64,000 bases of DNA from Verrucomicrobiota bacterium. Its GTDB lineage: Bacteria; Verrucomicrobiota; Lentisphaeria; JABSQK01; JAJFLO01. The translations under genes were made by a program, and so were the position numbers. Shown in pieces: positions 12,801-27,800 of the stretch (its first letter is position 1; every line of letters begins with the position of its first letter). The DNA is taken from positions 1,468 through 65,467 of the forward strand of contig JAJFLO010000244.1 in assembly GCA_021772675.1 (NCBI GenBank), written 5' to 3'. Under the pieces are notes generated by a model. That model was not told the DNA's origin, did no database searches, and was given only the letters and a program-made list of their open reading frames with translations.

Positions 12801-15800
12801 ACTATTGAATTAGGTGCATTGCTTACCGTGTCCGACGGTGACGTGATTAATCCGGCGAATTCTGTTGTCGACTATGCGGGCAATGCTGATGCAACCGTCA
12901 ATGATATAGAGATTCGTATTGATAGTACTAAGCCCACCTTAGATTCGATAGAATGGGTCGATAATGGAGATGGATTCATTTCAGTTGACGATGTTTTGGA
13001 ATTGACGTTCAGCGAAATTTTATCAACTACATTCAGCAATATATCTTTAAATTCACAACTGTTGGTTTTCCCGCTGGACGGTATAACGCCAGTTCCAACT
13101 CCATGGGGATCAGCGACAGTTTCATCTAGTGTTGCAACAGGAACCACCGTTGTCAGAATTACGTTGACATCAGATTCTACCATAGCAAATGGAATGACAA
13201 TCGATCCGGCTGATACTGTTATTGATCAATCTAACAACCCCGATGGAACACCTGCTCCAGGTATTCGAATTCTTGATAATGTCCGTCCAAGACTCGTTAA
13301 TATTTCCTTCGAAGATCTGACGCCGGCGGACGTCACGACAGAATATGATACTAGCGATGTATTTATATTGACATTTACTGAACCGCTGAAGGTACAAACT
13401 TCAGCTACGCCACCAGTAGGCATTACATTTGATTCTTTCTCTGCTGATGGTATTTCCGTTACAGTTAGCAAATCAGAATTTGTAAATAATAACACGGAAA
13501 TAAGGTTAACGGTTGGAACTGGAGTGGAACTTTTAATACCCGGTCTGGCTATCGATCAATCATTTTTAGATACGATCAGCGATCCTGCGGGTAATTTGGC
13601 AAGAAATACAGATATACCGCAGAAATTGCCAAAAGCTGAAGCGGATACTGATAATGATGATTTAGATGATGTCTGGGAAATTCAACATTTTGGCAATTTG
13701 AACTTTAGTGGATTGGATGATCCGGACGGAGATGGACTGCGTAATTTAAATGAATTATTAACCGGAACCCTGCCAAACGACCCTGATACAGATGATGATT
13801 CATTTAATGATCTTACGGAGGTGACCGATGAATTTGGTGATCCGTTAGACTCGCTTGTTCCGGATATTGTTAACAATAATCCTCCATTTCGTTCTCTTGT
13901 TTTTGATGGGACGAATCGTATTAAACTGCCGGTGAACAACCGATTCGTGCTAAATACCTGGACAATCGCAGCCTGGGTAAACCCTGTCGCAGCGAGTGAC
14001 GGCGGTGTTGTCATTCGAAGAGTTGTACAAAAGTTGGGTAGTGGTGATCCGGTCATCGCTTATGAATTGGGTTTGGATGCATCGCTCACACCATACGTTA
14101 AATATACAGACATTAATGGACAGGAAGTATTATTAACCGCAGACGCACCTATAAGCGGGGGTGAGTGGTCGCACATTGCAGGTCGATATAATCCAAACAA
14201 CCTGCAGTTGGCCATCGTCGTTGATGGCTTCAAAGTAAAAAGAATATTGGCACAACGACAGGCAGCCGTTGTTGTCACAGGAGGATTTAACTTTTTGACA
14301 TTGGGCGCTGGTGGTTTTGAAACCGAACCTGTTGTTGACGGATTTAATGGTAAAATAGATGAAGTTCGATTGTGGAATAGAGCCTTGACATCTAAAGAAA
14401 TTGCTGATGTAAGATCATCTGTATCTGCCTCAAGTGCTATATCCTGGTTCAAATTCGATGATAAAGGGTTGCATGCTGAAGATTTTGTTCAGGTGCGCGA
14501 TTGGGAAACTAATTGGGCCAATGCTGCCCGCGTTGATACGCTCGGCTCGTATGCTGATTATGCGTCTATGCTGGTCGTTGAAAACTTTTTCCCACACGAA
14601 GAATTCGACCAGGACGATGATAGCGTATTTGATGGCTCGGGTAATCCCATAACATTGCAAATCGGCACAACAGAATCACCGATTAATGTAATTGCTGATT
14701 TTTCCGATATATCCGAAACCGAAGCGAGTTTTACAATTTCTGATTCTCTTTCACCTTATAAATCAATGAGTTTGGCATTTGCCGGAAATACTGGTGCTAA
14801 TGAGAATATAATTGAAGTCCCGGAAATTATAGATGTTGTCACGGACACAAGTGAATTATATAGTCTTTCATCATGGACAATTGAATTGTGGGTTAAGGTG
14901 GACGCTGCCCCAAGTGCAGATCAATCTCTCGTTCGTCGCGATTTGGCCAGTACGAAAATAAATTATGATCTTGGAATAATGCCAGGGGGCAGTGGATTTA
15001 TTCCCTACATTCAATACAGTCGGTCTGATGACGCTCCTGACGTTGTAGGCACGCCTGAAAATGAGAGTATAATCCGATTAGAAAGTACATTCAGTCTGGA
15101 GTTGGATACGTGGTATCATCTTGCGGTACGATTTCTGGATGATGATTTAAGGATGTTTATTGATGGAAACATCGTCGATAATATCAGTACAGGATTGGGT
15201 TGTAAGACTGGCCGTGGACAACTTGTGATTGGATCACCTGGGTTTACTGGTGGGATGGATGAAATTAGAGTTTGGAAAAATGATCCAACGGCGCGGAATG
15301 ATAGTGATATACTCGAATTTAAAAACAGGAATCTATTTTTTGGAACAGAAGCGGCTGGGGCGGCAAGTCTATCTGTTGACGGAAACGGTTTCATTCAGGA
15401 ACTTGCTCGCGAGGATTTTGTTGGTGATAGATTGCTTGAATGGACTGTAGAGGCCTGGTTTAAGATTAGTGATCCTTCAGCATCGGGAACTATTATTGGT
15501 CGGACAACTGGATTTGATGGAGAAGGAGCTCGCCTTTGGAATTATCGGTTGTTTATCGATGCAAATGGTAAGGTCACTGGTGAAGGAATTACACGGGCAA
15601 CATCACTTTTTGACGTTCGTGATGGAAATTGGCATCACGCTGCGTACATCTATAATAATAATGATGGTTCTGTATCTTTATACGTTGATGGCATTCCTCA
15701 TGACCGTGTTTCAGCGATAGGTACCATACAATTCGGTGCCGGACCACTTATTGTCGGCGAGGGATTAAATGGTTTTATCGATGAAACGCGGGTATGGAGT

Positions 15801-18800
15801 ACAGCTCGAACATTATCGGATATTAGATTGACACAAAATCAATCATTAACAGGAGGTGAATCCTTTCTGGTTCATTATTACGACTTTGATTTTCAACGGG
15901 ATACCTTTGGCAATATTTCTTTGATTCGCGAGCGTGCGTCTACCCGAAATCCCGATGAAGAATTTGGGTTGCTTATTAACGGAGCGTCTCTAACTGTTGG
16001 TGAGTCAAATAATGCACCTGTAAGTATTGATCCACTTAAACAATATGCCGGTAATCTTCTGTTATACATGGCGGCAGACGACGGTGGAAAAACGGTTGAA
16101 AACTTGATGCAACGGAATGACTTCCGCTTTGCAGGCGAACTAACTCCTGGTGTTCTGTTTTCCAGTAGTGACCGAGCACCGCTTGTTGTTGATGGTGATA
16201 ATGACGGATTGTTAGATGACTGGGAAACATTTTTTGGCTTAAGTCCAAATGACAATGGGGAGCTTGTGAGTAATAACGGTCCGTTGGGTGACCCTGATAA
16301 CGATGGATTAACTAATCTTTTCGAACAGATTTTAGGCATTGATCCTGGTGATATTGACACAAATAATGATAATACATTAGACGGGGATGAAGATTTTGAT
16401 GGTGACGGATTATCCAATCGTGAAGAAATCGCGTTGGCACTTGATCCATCAAAGACGGATACGGACGATGATGGATTAACTGATCAGCAGGAGTTGACGA
16501 GCAATTCACTCGCTGGGAAATCGGATGATCCGTTTGTTTTGCGCGTTCTTAATTTTCCCGGAAATGGTATTCTTGATAATGCTGCTCGAGTTATCGGTGT
16601 CGCCGGTGTTTCTAAGCTGGAGCGACGAACCTTTGTTATCGAAGCCTGGATTAACCCTGACAATCAAAACGGTGCCATGGGTGAAATTCTCCGCAAGGAA
16701 TCGACGTTATCGGGAAATAGAATCAATTATTCTATTTCTTTAAATGCTGATAATGAAGTTTCTCTCTCTTACGATACTATTTCAGGGGTAAGAAAAACGT
16801 TAACATTATCTGGCCGACCTCTACCTCGGAATCGTTGGTCACATGTTGCCATTGAAGTTGTGGGTGGGTTTACTGCAAGTATCAGTGGATTTGGTAGTTT
16901 TGACTCGGATTGGCGCAGTGAGTCTATTACAATTTACGCCTTCATTAAGAATCCGTTGGGAGTATTTGAAGAGCATTCAATTTCAGAATCTGCCTCTGCA
17001 ATACCGGCTGTTGGTTTAGGCGACTTGGTTCTCGGTGAAAATTTTGATGGACAAATCGATGAGATCAGGATATGGAACCGCGAGATTGCGGGTGGACAGC
17101 GAACGCTTACTGACATTCAGAATAATCGATTCAATATACTGGATACGTCATCCTTTGTGACTGGTGAATTGGTTGCTTATTTCAGGTTTGATGATGGACA
17201 AAGTGACTACGTCGCACTAACTGACACTGAAGCGGATTGGACTGAAGTATTTCATGTTGAAAGCGGTGATCAGATATGGAACGAAGCGGATGATTTCATC
17301 TTTCTCGATAACAACAATAATGATATCTTTGATGAAGGTATTGATGATGAACTTGCCGGTAATAAAAATGCTGCAGGCGCTGTAGTTGCCGGTGTCAAGG
17401 ATGCGAATTGGACACGTGTTAAAATTTTTGATCAATCGGATGGTGGTAATTATGATAATGCTCGAGATGCAATTGTGTTTTCCATTAATAATCTATATGA
17501 TCCTAAAAATAGTGATGATGCTGTATTAAGCGGTAAAACTCCAGATTTTCCAACAGGTGCTGAAGATTTTACGGATCGATTAAAGGCGTCAAGTTCTGCA
17601 GTTCTTGGACTATATGTTAATTTTGAAGATAATTTTGGTGGTTTTGATTCTGTCGATATTGATGGTGATAATTTGCCTGATGGTTGGGAATTAAGATTTT
17701 TCCAATCAATTACGATTACGGATGGAGCCAATGATTTTGATTCAGATGGGTTAAATGATTTTTATGAATTTCTCTCTGGAACCGATCCCACAAAAATCAA
17801 TACTGATGGCGTCGGCAAAAATGATGCAGATGAAGATCTTGATGTCGGTGGGCCAGATGGTTTATCGAATATTGAGGAACAGCAAAACGGGACGAACCCA
17901 TTAGTAGCGGATACTGATGATGATGGTAGCGATGATAAATTTGAAATTGATAATGTAACGAATGCACTTCATCCGATGAGTGTACCAAACCTAGCAAACC
18001 TTAATGTAGCCACAGAGCGCAGCTTAAGTGTCGGAGATATTGGTTCCAATGGCGTTGAGTTACCTTTTTCTGATCGGTTTGCATTTGGACGTGACGCATG
18101 GACTGTTGAAGCCTGGGTGAATCCGGGTAATAATGTCGCTTCAACAAATGGTGATATTTTTGTATTTACTAGTAATATTGTCGGAACAGGATATCGATTG
18201 TCATTGCAGAATGGTCGGCCACATGGTGTTATATTTCAGGGAACAAATGTTATTGTAGAGGTTGGTGGAGATGGAAAGACGCCGGAATTGGAGGCAAATG
18301 AGTGGACTCATTTGGCAATTACATGGTCGCCATTGGAAAATTCATTTCGGTTATATCACAATGGTCTGCTGCTCATGGCAAATCAATCGATTGCTAATCC
18401 GGAAATCCCAATTCCGGGTGTTGCTTATATTGCCCGTGGGGCGGATACGAATGGAGATAATACTCGAGATGGATTTGACGTTAGTAACAGCAGTGTTTAT
18501 TTAGATGAAATAAGAGTGTGGCGACAACTAAGGTCGACTGTAGAAATTGAAGCGGCTCATAATCGCTTAATCCCTGTTGGGGTTAATACGGCTCCCACCT
18601 TATTGGCATATTACCGCTTTGATGATGGTGGAAATTTCGTAGAAGACTTCGCACAACTGAACAATTCTGATTTTGTATTAGATATCAAATCAATTAATGC
18701 CAATGGAATATCAAGTGCAGAAGCCATTTCTGTTCTCGGTACCGATGACAATGATGGTGACGGACTTCCGGAATGGTGGGTTGTTCTCCATGGTTTGCAA

Positions 18801-21800
18801 CTAAATGATAATGATCCCGATGGTGATGGCTTAGAAAATATTCATGAATTTATTATTGGTACCAATCCACTTGATGTGGATTCTGATAATGACGGTATTT
18901 TCGACAGTGAGGAAGATTTTGATAATGATGGGTTAAGTAATCTACGTGAAATTTTTATTACGTCAGACCTCACTAAATCTGACACAGATGATGACAACGT
19001 AAGCGACGGTCAGGAAGTTAGCTCGCGATTTAATCCTGTTGATGGAAACAGCCCTAGGAAACTTCGTGCATTATTATTTGATGGATCTGCAAATCAATTT
19101 GTTGAATTGCCAGTACAATCCAGATTTGCTCTGGATAATTTTTCCATCGAAGCCTGGATCAAACCGAATGCTGCGAGTGACGGTGGTGTAATTATTCAGC
19201 GCGTCGTTGGAACCGTAACAAATCCTCTGCTTGTAAACTATGGTGTGCGATTAACTGTTACTAATAATTTATATTTTCCTGAGGCATTTTTTAGTAATAG
19301 TTCAGGTATAGAAACGGCTGCGACTGCTCGAGACGAAATTGGCAATGATGGCAATACCTGGACGCACATTGCTGTGACCTTCAATCAAAACCTGCAAACC
19401 TTGACACTTTATGTCGATGGACGGTTGTCTCGTATTAGCCCGAGTCAGAGTACCCCAATTAAAAATGGTCCAGGCGAAATTTATACTCGGATCGGTGAGC
19501 AGTTTGAAGGATCTATCGACGAGCTCAAGATTTGGAGCAGACCGTTAACACAGATTGAGATTCAAGCAGGTATGATTTTTAATCTTTCGGGTAACGAGTC
19601 TGATCTGGTAGCATACTATCGATTCGATGATGATAGTTCATTATCTCCGAAACGTGCTCAAGATGGATTGGCACTTTTCTCACGGGACTGGGAAAATAAT
19701 TGGCAAAATGCAGCCCTGCTTTTGGGCGGCGCTGATTTTGTCGAGATCACTAATAGCCCTGTAGATAACCTTATTGACCGTGATGATGATGGTATCGCCG
19801 ATACTTGGGAAATGGACTTTTTTGGCGATTTGACTACTGCCAACAACACAACGGATTTTGAGAATGATGGGTTAAATGACCTTTATGAGTATCTTTCCGG
19901 TACTCATCCGGATCGTTTTGATACGGATGATGATGGAATATTGGATCCGGCTGATGATGATGGTGATAATGACAGCCTGGTTAATGTTGACGAACAACAA
20001 CGTGGGTCCGATCCTACTTTGGCAGATACAGACGATGATGGACGCAATGATAATGATGAAGTTGAACAAGGAAGTGACCCTGCCTCGTCATTATCACCAT
20101 TTTTTAGAAAGACGCTGCAATTTAGTGATAATACGGGTTGGGTTGAGCTCCCAGATGATCAACGGTTCTCCTTGGATGATTGGACAATTGAGGGGTACGT
20201 GTTCGCTAATAGCAGTACCGTTGGAAACTGCACAATAATACAACGTTCAGTTGGCCTGACTGGCCGTTGGAACTATTTCCTGGGCTTGGATGCAAACCTG
20301 GTTCCCTATACGAAAATAAATGATAGTAGCGATGGTGATAGCAACGATGATGCTATTTTGACAGGCGATTTGGCTCTGCGAGTCGATGTTTGGACCCATA
20401 TTGCCGCAACGTATGACAGTGCTGCCAGAATACTTCGTTTATTTATTAACGGTGAATCAGTAAGCGCCGGTGCATTAATAAGTACAACACTGCCGTCCAC
20501 AGTCGGCCCTGTGACTAATATTGCTCGCATTGGAGAAGGGTTTATCGGTCAATTAGATGAGATCAGGATTTGGAATGTATCAAAAAGAGAAAACCAGATC
20601 CGGGCAAGTATCATCCAGACGCTGGTTGGTATAGAACCCGGACTCATTGCTTACTATAGTTTTGACGATGATACTTCGGGCGGACAGTCGTTATCGGGAC
20701 AGGTGGAAGATTTTGTCACCCTGTTTAGCAAAGACTGGTTGACCGGCTGGAGCAATGCTGGAACTCTGAATGGAAATGTTGCATTTATAGAGCCGACTAC
20801 TCCTTCACCTGTGTTACCTCCTTTCATCGATAATGATAATGACGGGCTGCCAAACTGGTGGGAAAATTCATTTAATCTTGATCCAAATAGCGCGGAAGGA
20901 GATGATGGCGCCAATGGTGATCCGGATAGCGATAATGTCAGTAATTTAACTGAATTTCGTTCAAGTTTTGATCCGAAAAACCCGGATTCTGACGGGAACG
21001 GAATTGAAGACGGAGCGCAGGATACTGATGCTGACGGTCTTTTGGATGTCGATGAAATTGCGCTCTATAATACCTATCCATGGGACGATGATACCGATGA
21101 TGATGGACGCTTGGATGGTGCGGTCGAGGTTGCAAATGGTACTGATCCCGCCAATTCACTGGATCCATATATCCAGAATTATATGAGATTTGAACCGGGC
21201 GGAACGGTTGTCTCTTCGCATTCTCCCGAAACAGGGATTAATGACTGGACGGTTGAATTTTTTGCAAAGGTCAATCAATTTCAAACTGGTCGATCAATAT
21301 TCCTTCGTCGTACAAATGACGCTGAAACACGGATAAATTTTGAGGTGGGTATGTTTGGAACAGCAGGCGAAGCGGATCTCACACGAACGGTAGGTAAAAT
21401 TTTCGTGCGATTCACCCATGGTGGTGTTGAAGAAATTTTGCAAACGCCAACAGAAATTGATAATGAATGGAATCATATCGCTGCACGATATGGAATTGGT
21501 GATGCTGATGGAGATCGTCAGTTAAGTTTGTTTGTTAATGGTGAAATTGTTGCAAACAAAAGTGTTGATTGGATCAGTGATAGTGTCGATAGTAATATTA
21601 TAATTGGAGAAAATTTGGCTGCGGATATTGATGAACTTCGAATCTGGAATATTGCCAGAACTCGTGACGAAATTTTCAGCAATTTCGAACGAACACTATT
21701 GTTTGGTAATGCTGCCGCCGACAGCGGCGTGTTAGAGGTAAGCGGGGGACAATTAGATTTCATGCGTCAAGTATCAACAGATAATATTGATACACTGTCA

Positions 21801-24800
21801 CAATGGACGGTGGAAACATGGTTTAAGACGGGATCCTCAGATGGTAATTTGATCGCAAAAATCAATGAAAATATTTCGATTGATTCCGGCGATCCGGTAT
21901 CCTATAATTTTAATCTGCAAATATCTCAAGGTCGACTACGGGGACGCAATACTGTCATTTTTACTGATACTAGCAAAGTTGACGTTGTTGTTAATACTGA
22001 ACAACATTTTGACATAGAAGGTGATCAGTTTGTCAATGATGGTGAATGGCATTATGCGGCTTATACCTGCGATGGCGATAATGTAACCCTGTATCTTGAC
22101 GGAGACATAGAAGCAAAAGGTAGTTTTTCAACTGCTGATTTCGCGTCAATAGGACCAATTGCCGGTGTTGGCCCTATTCGATATGGTGATGGTATAATCG
22201 GTCAACTCGATGAAATCAGAGTTTGGAATCGCGCTATAGCAGCAGCTGAATTAAATAAAAATAGAAAGAAAACGATTCGGGGAGATGAAACGGGTTTAAT
22301 TTCTTATTTCAGTTTTGACTATCAACCCAAGTTGGATGGAAATCAGTTATTAGTTAATGTTCTGGATCGATCCGTTCTCAGAGAACCGAGTGAAGCGTTT
22401 GGAATATTAATTAATAATGCTCGTCGAATTACGCTTAGCTTAGATGGGCAGCATGTTAATGCCCCGATTGATATCGATGTGCTGGCAACTTACCAGAACA
22501 TTATGCTTCGCTATTACTCTTTTGATGATGGTGGAGAAAAAATTGAGGACCTGTTGCATCGAACGCGTCAGGCGATCAGTGTTGATTCAGCACCGAATGA
22601 GGACGGTGAATTATTCTCCGCAACGTTGTTTAACCAGGTTCAGTTTGTAGAAGGTCCGGGGGCGTTGATTGTGGATGCTGACGAGGATGGATTGCCCGAT
22701 GCCTGGGAATTGCAATTTGGTTTAAATGCCGGAGCTAATTTCGGAGCCGATGGCAAAGATGGCGACCCGGACCAGGACGGTATCAGCAATCTTCTGGAAT
22801 ATTTATTGTTTGAAAATACAGGTGTTAGCTATAATCCCATGAATATCGATACAAACGCAAATGGTATTATTGACGGCAATGAGGATGAAGATGGTGATGG
22901 TTTAATTAATGCAGAGGAATCATCTATCGGCGCACTGCCCTGGCGATTTGATACAGATGATGATGGTGTGTCAGATAAAGATGAAGTCGAAAATAAAACA
23001 GATCCCGATTTTTCAGTGGATCCCTCACAAAAGCTCTCGGTTAATTTCAATGGTGGAGTACACGATTATCTGGTGGTTAAAGGCTTGCCAGCGGAACAAA
23101 AACTTGAATTGTCTGACTTTGCCGTTGAAGCCTGGTTAAATCCTGATAATGATAGTGGTAACTCTGGAATTATCGTTCAAAAACTACGGAATCTGGACAG
23201 CCGGGCGAACTTCACTCTCGGTATCACTGCCAATAATGAACCCTATGTTGAATACGAAACCATTAGCGGTGCAAAAGTTAATGTGACCTTACAGGAAGCA
23301 GTACCTAAGGGACAGTGGAGTCATATTGCTGCAACATTAAATCGTCAATTAGTCTTCCAGGCGAATGATGAACCATTTGATGAACTCATATTGTATTTAT
23401 ACAAGCCAAACAGCGATAATACTTTTACGTTATTTCGTACGATAAGCAAATCATTTGGTATTCCGTCTCAGGGGACCGGTGATTTGCGTATAGGTGAGAC
23501 ATTTGACGGTCAATTGGATGAGGTTCGCATCTGGAATCGTGCCCGAACGCAAGAAGAAATCACCGATTTTAGAGATCGTACCATTTTTGGGGATGAAGAG
23601 GAGCAGGATGGTAAAGATAATAACGGCAATACCTTAATTGATGAAAATGGAGAATCGACATTGGCGGCGTATTATCGGTTCGATGATTTTGAAAATACAG
23701 GTGTTCGCTTTGTCGATACAGATGGTAATGGAAGCTATAGTGATAATGAACCTGTATGGGTAGAAGTTGGCGGCAATCCGGCAAACAACGGGAGTCGGAC
23801 CGCATTTAATACGGAAGTTCTTGATGGCAATAATAATGTAATCGCTGTCGCGGATATTATCATTAATGGCGCCCCGGCCAATGGGAATGAAGGCCTGGGG
23901 TTAATATCGTCAGTATTATTCTTTGATAAAGACGACAGTAAAGGCTTTACCTCAGGTGATTTAGTATGGCAGGAATTATCCGGGGATAAGTTTTTTGATG
24001 CAGGCAAAGATATCGTTATTTTAGATGATGCAGCCGAGCTGCCGGCGTTGATGGTACATCTGCTTGCAGATCCGCAAGATCCTCGAAGGGCATTTATTCG
24101 ATTTCTCTCCGATCCAAACGGCGCTGAAGATTTTACCGACCGGTTGAATTGGAATTTTGCGGCAAGGCGTAATGCTGTTAATATCACCTGGGTTGTGGAA
24201 GAAAACTTCCTAAATGCCGATACGGATGGCGATGGGCTACCTGATTTCTGGGAGGATCAATTTTCTGCCCAAAATCCGAATAATCTATTAAAAAACAATA
24301 CCGACAGTGATGGTGACGGCATTGATGATGAGGCAGAAGATTTTGATGGAGACGGGTTAACAAATCTTCAGGAATATCTGGGTGCCGACGGTTTTCCCGG
24401 TACGGGTGACGGCACGAATCCTCAACAAGCTGATAGTGACGGAGACGGTCTGGGAGACCGTTGGGAAATTGATTTTCAAACTATATGGAAAACTGATAAA
24501 AGTGTATTGGATGATGTGAATTTGGGTACAGCTGATCCGGTTCAGTTATTTAATTCCACTATATTTGATACAGTGACAACTGATGCGGCAGATTCCGACG
24601 GAAATGCTGACTATGATGCGGATGGTGCGACCAATATTATTGAACAAAATCTTGGCTCAAATCCGTTCATCAAAGACACCGATGGCGACACTCTTAGTGA
24701 CGGTGAGGAAAATAATTTTGGTACAAATCCAACGCTGGTTGATTCGGATGGTGATCAATTAAGGGATGATTGGGAAATTCGTTTTGGATTTAATCCTTTG

Positions 24801-27800
24801 GTCCTGATGGATAACACCACTGATTTTGATAATGACGGTTTAATACTGCTGGAAGAAAGTCTTGCTTTAACTGATCCCACCAATGCTGATACGGATAATG
24901 ACGGGATTATTGACGGGGATGAAGTCAATTTATATCAATCTTCTCCCCTGCTTCCTGACACAGATGACGATGAAGTAAACGATAAACTTGAAGCTGAAAA
25001 CGGTAGTATCCTGGTTGATTCGCTAAGCCCGTTATTGGATCGTGTTTTGAGGGTGACTGCAGACAATAGTGATCCATCATTAGATTCTTACGTTTCGTTC
25101 TCTGATAATGATCGTTTTGTGTTAATAGATTTTACCATTGAGGCATGGGTCTTTCAGGACTCACTTTCTGAAAGTGTCATCGCAAAACGATATATCGAAA
25201 ACGTCACTTTCCCGAATAACGAACAAATTAATTATGAATTAGGTATTGACGGAAATTCGCTTCCCTATATAAGATATTCTGATGTTCTGGGCATTGAACA
25301 CAAGTTGACAGCGATAGCTGCAATAGGAGGAGGAGTTCAGACCGGAGTCTGGACACATATAGCCGTCAGTTTCAATTCAATAACTCGGGAACTAAGAATT
25401 TATTTGAATGGACTGCTGGTTGGTTCAAATCGCAATACTGCTGTCCCCTGGATAGGCGGTGAAAATGCAATCATCCAAATCGGCAAAGGCTTTACCGGAT
25501 TAATCGATGAATTAAAAATCTGGAATATTACCAGAAGCGCTAACGAAATTGCTGATAACAGAATATTGTTTTCGACGGGCAACGAAACGGGTTTGGTTTC
25601 ATATTTAAGATTTGACGATGGTGGAATATTTGTTGAAGATTTTACGCAACTAAATGATTGGCAGAATAATTGGATCAATTCAGCAATGTTAATCAATGGA
25701 AGTATTACTGAAAGTGCTCCAAGTGACGCACCGGTTACAAGTAAAGATGTTGATACGGATGGCGATGGCTTGCCGGATTTCTGGGAAGATTTACATGGCT
25801 TGAATCCTCTGGACAGTAGTGGTTTAAATGGCGCTGATGGTGATTTGGATGGTGACGGGATCATAAATTTAAATGAATTTCAGGCTGGGTTAAATCCAGG
25901 CAATGAAGATACGGATGCAGACGGTACCAGCGACGGTAACGAAGATACGGACCTTGACGGATTGTCAAACTTTGATGAACAAAACAATTATAACACAAAT
26001 CTGGGCAGCAGAGATTCCGATGAAGACGGAGTTAGTGATGGTGCGGAGGTTTCCGGTGATCCAAATAACAGCGGTGTTATAAATCCTGAATTAATTTCCA
26101 ATCCAAAATTAAGCATGTCACATTTTGATCCCGTTACCAATGATTTTACACCGGCGCGCAGTTTGGATTTTGGCATTGTTGCTTCCGAATTGACGTCTCA
26201 AGTGCCCCCTTTGACCTGGACAGGGATTCAAGTACCGCTTGGAAGTCGATTTAATAGAGCCGGAAACCCGTGGTCCATTGAATCATGGATCAAACTGGGC
26301 AACGATGATACTGGTATTATTGCAATATATAAGGTGGAGGGTAAGGCTGCAATGGAACTGGGTATGGAAGCAGGAGCGCCTTATGTTAGTTTTGAAACCG
26401 GAGGTGGCCGCAGCTATAAGGCGGGTGGTTCCAATGCACTCGATTCTTTAAAACCCAATGAATGGAATTATGTCGCTGGAGTATGGGATGTAGGCAATTT
26501 TCAAAACGTATTATTAATTTATGTAAATGGAATACTGAAAGGCAGCTTTATTTCAAACGAAATACCCATTGTGGGAACCGGAGAAATGATTATCGGGGGT
26601 GACGGCAGTGGAACTTCAGATACGACATTTAGTGACGGTAAGATTGATGAGGTTCGAATTTGGAAAACAGCGCGGTCTGCTCAAGACATTAAAGCTAATT
26701 TCAGAAAGCAAATTAGTGAGAAGAACACCGACCTAATCGCGTATTATCGGTTTGATGATGGTGGACTTACTATCGAAGATTTTTCCAATTCAATTCAATT
26801 GGATTCTTCAGCAGATGAATTTGCATTAGATTTGACTGCATTAGGAGTCTCCACGTCGAATGGAACTTCAAACGCGCTTATTACGGACGACGTACCTAAT
26901 ATAACAGGATTTGACAGCGATGACGACGGCCTCCTGGATTTATGGGAAATACAATTTTTTGGAAATGCCGAAAGTAAGGATGGAATGGAAGACAGCGATG
27001 GAGATGGATTGACCGACATCTCAGAATTTTGGTCCAATACCAATCCGTTGGTATCAGATTCAGATGGTGACGGTATTCCGGATGGAAAGGAAGATTTTGA
27101 TGGAGATCAGCTGCAAAATATTGAAGAGCAGAGTCTACAGACATTCCCTCAATTCGAGGATTCCGATGATGATGGACTTAATGATGGATTTGAATTATCG
27201 GACGTGGGAACTTTACCAAATGATCCGTTATCGCCATCTACTCAAATAAGTTTGGACGTTAAGGAGGGGCTGTTTGCAAGTGTCGAACATCAGGATCGGC
27301 ACGATTCGGAAAGCTGGACAATCGAAGCATGGGTTTACCCGCGAGGGCATCGAGCAGGGAATAATACGGGGGGACTTTTAAACATTGTTCAGCGACAAAC
27401 AGGAGCAATTAATGCTGGGGACCTCATTCACTATGAGATGGGTGTTGATGAAGATTTTTACTATCCGTATGCACGATTTACCACACGGTTTCAGCAGAAT
27501 GAAATCGACAGTATAGAAGTAACACGGTTGGATATAAAGGGTATTAACACAGGAATCTATTACTTTGATGCGAATGCAAGCGGGGACTATACTGCAGGAG
27601 AGTTTATCTGGAGGGATGAAATTGCAATAAATTCTAATTCTCAGGTTTATGATGATTTGACCGATGTCCGAATTCTTCCTGAAGCAGACGACAATGCATG
27701 GGCCGCATTAAATGGAAACCGGGGTATCACTAAGGGAGTTTTCTATTTTGATCTTGATAATAACGGCATCTTCACACCGGGGGAAGAGTTATGGAAGGAT

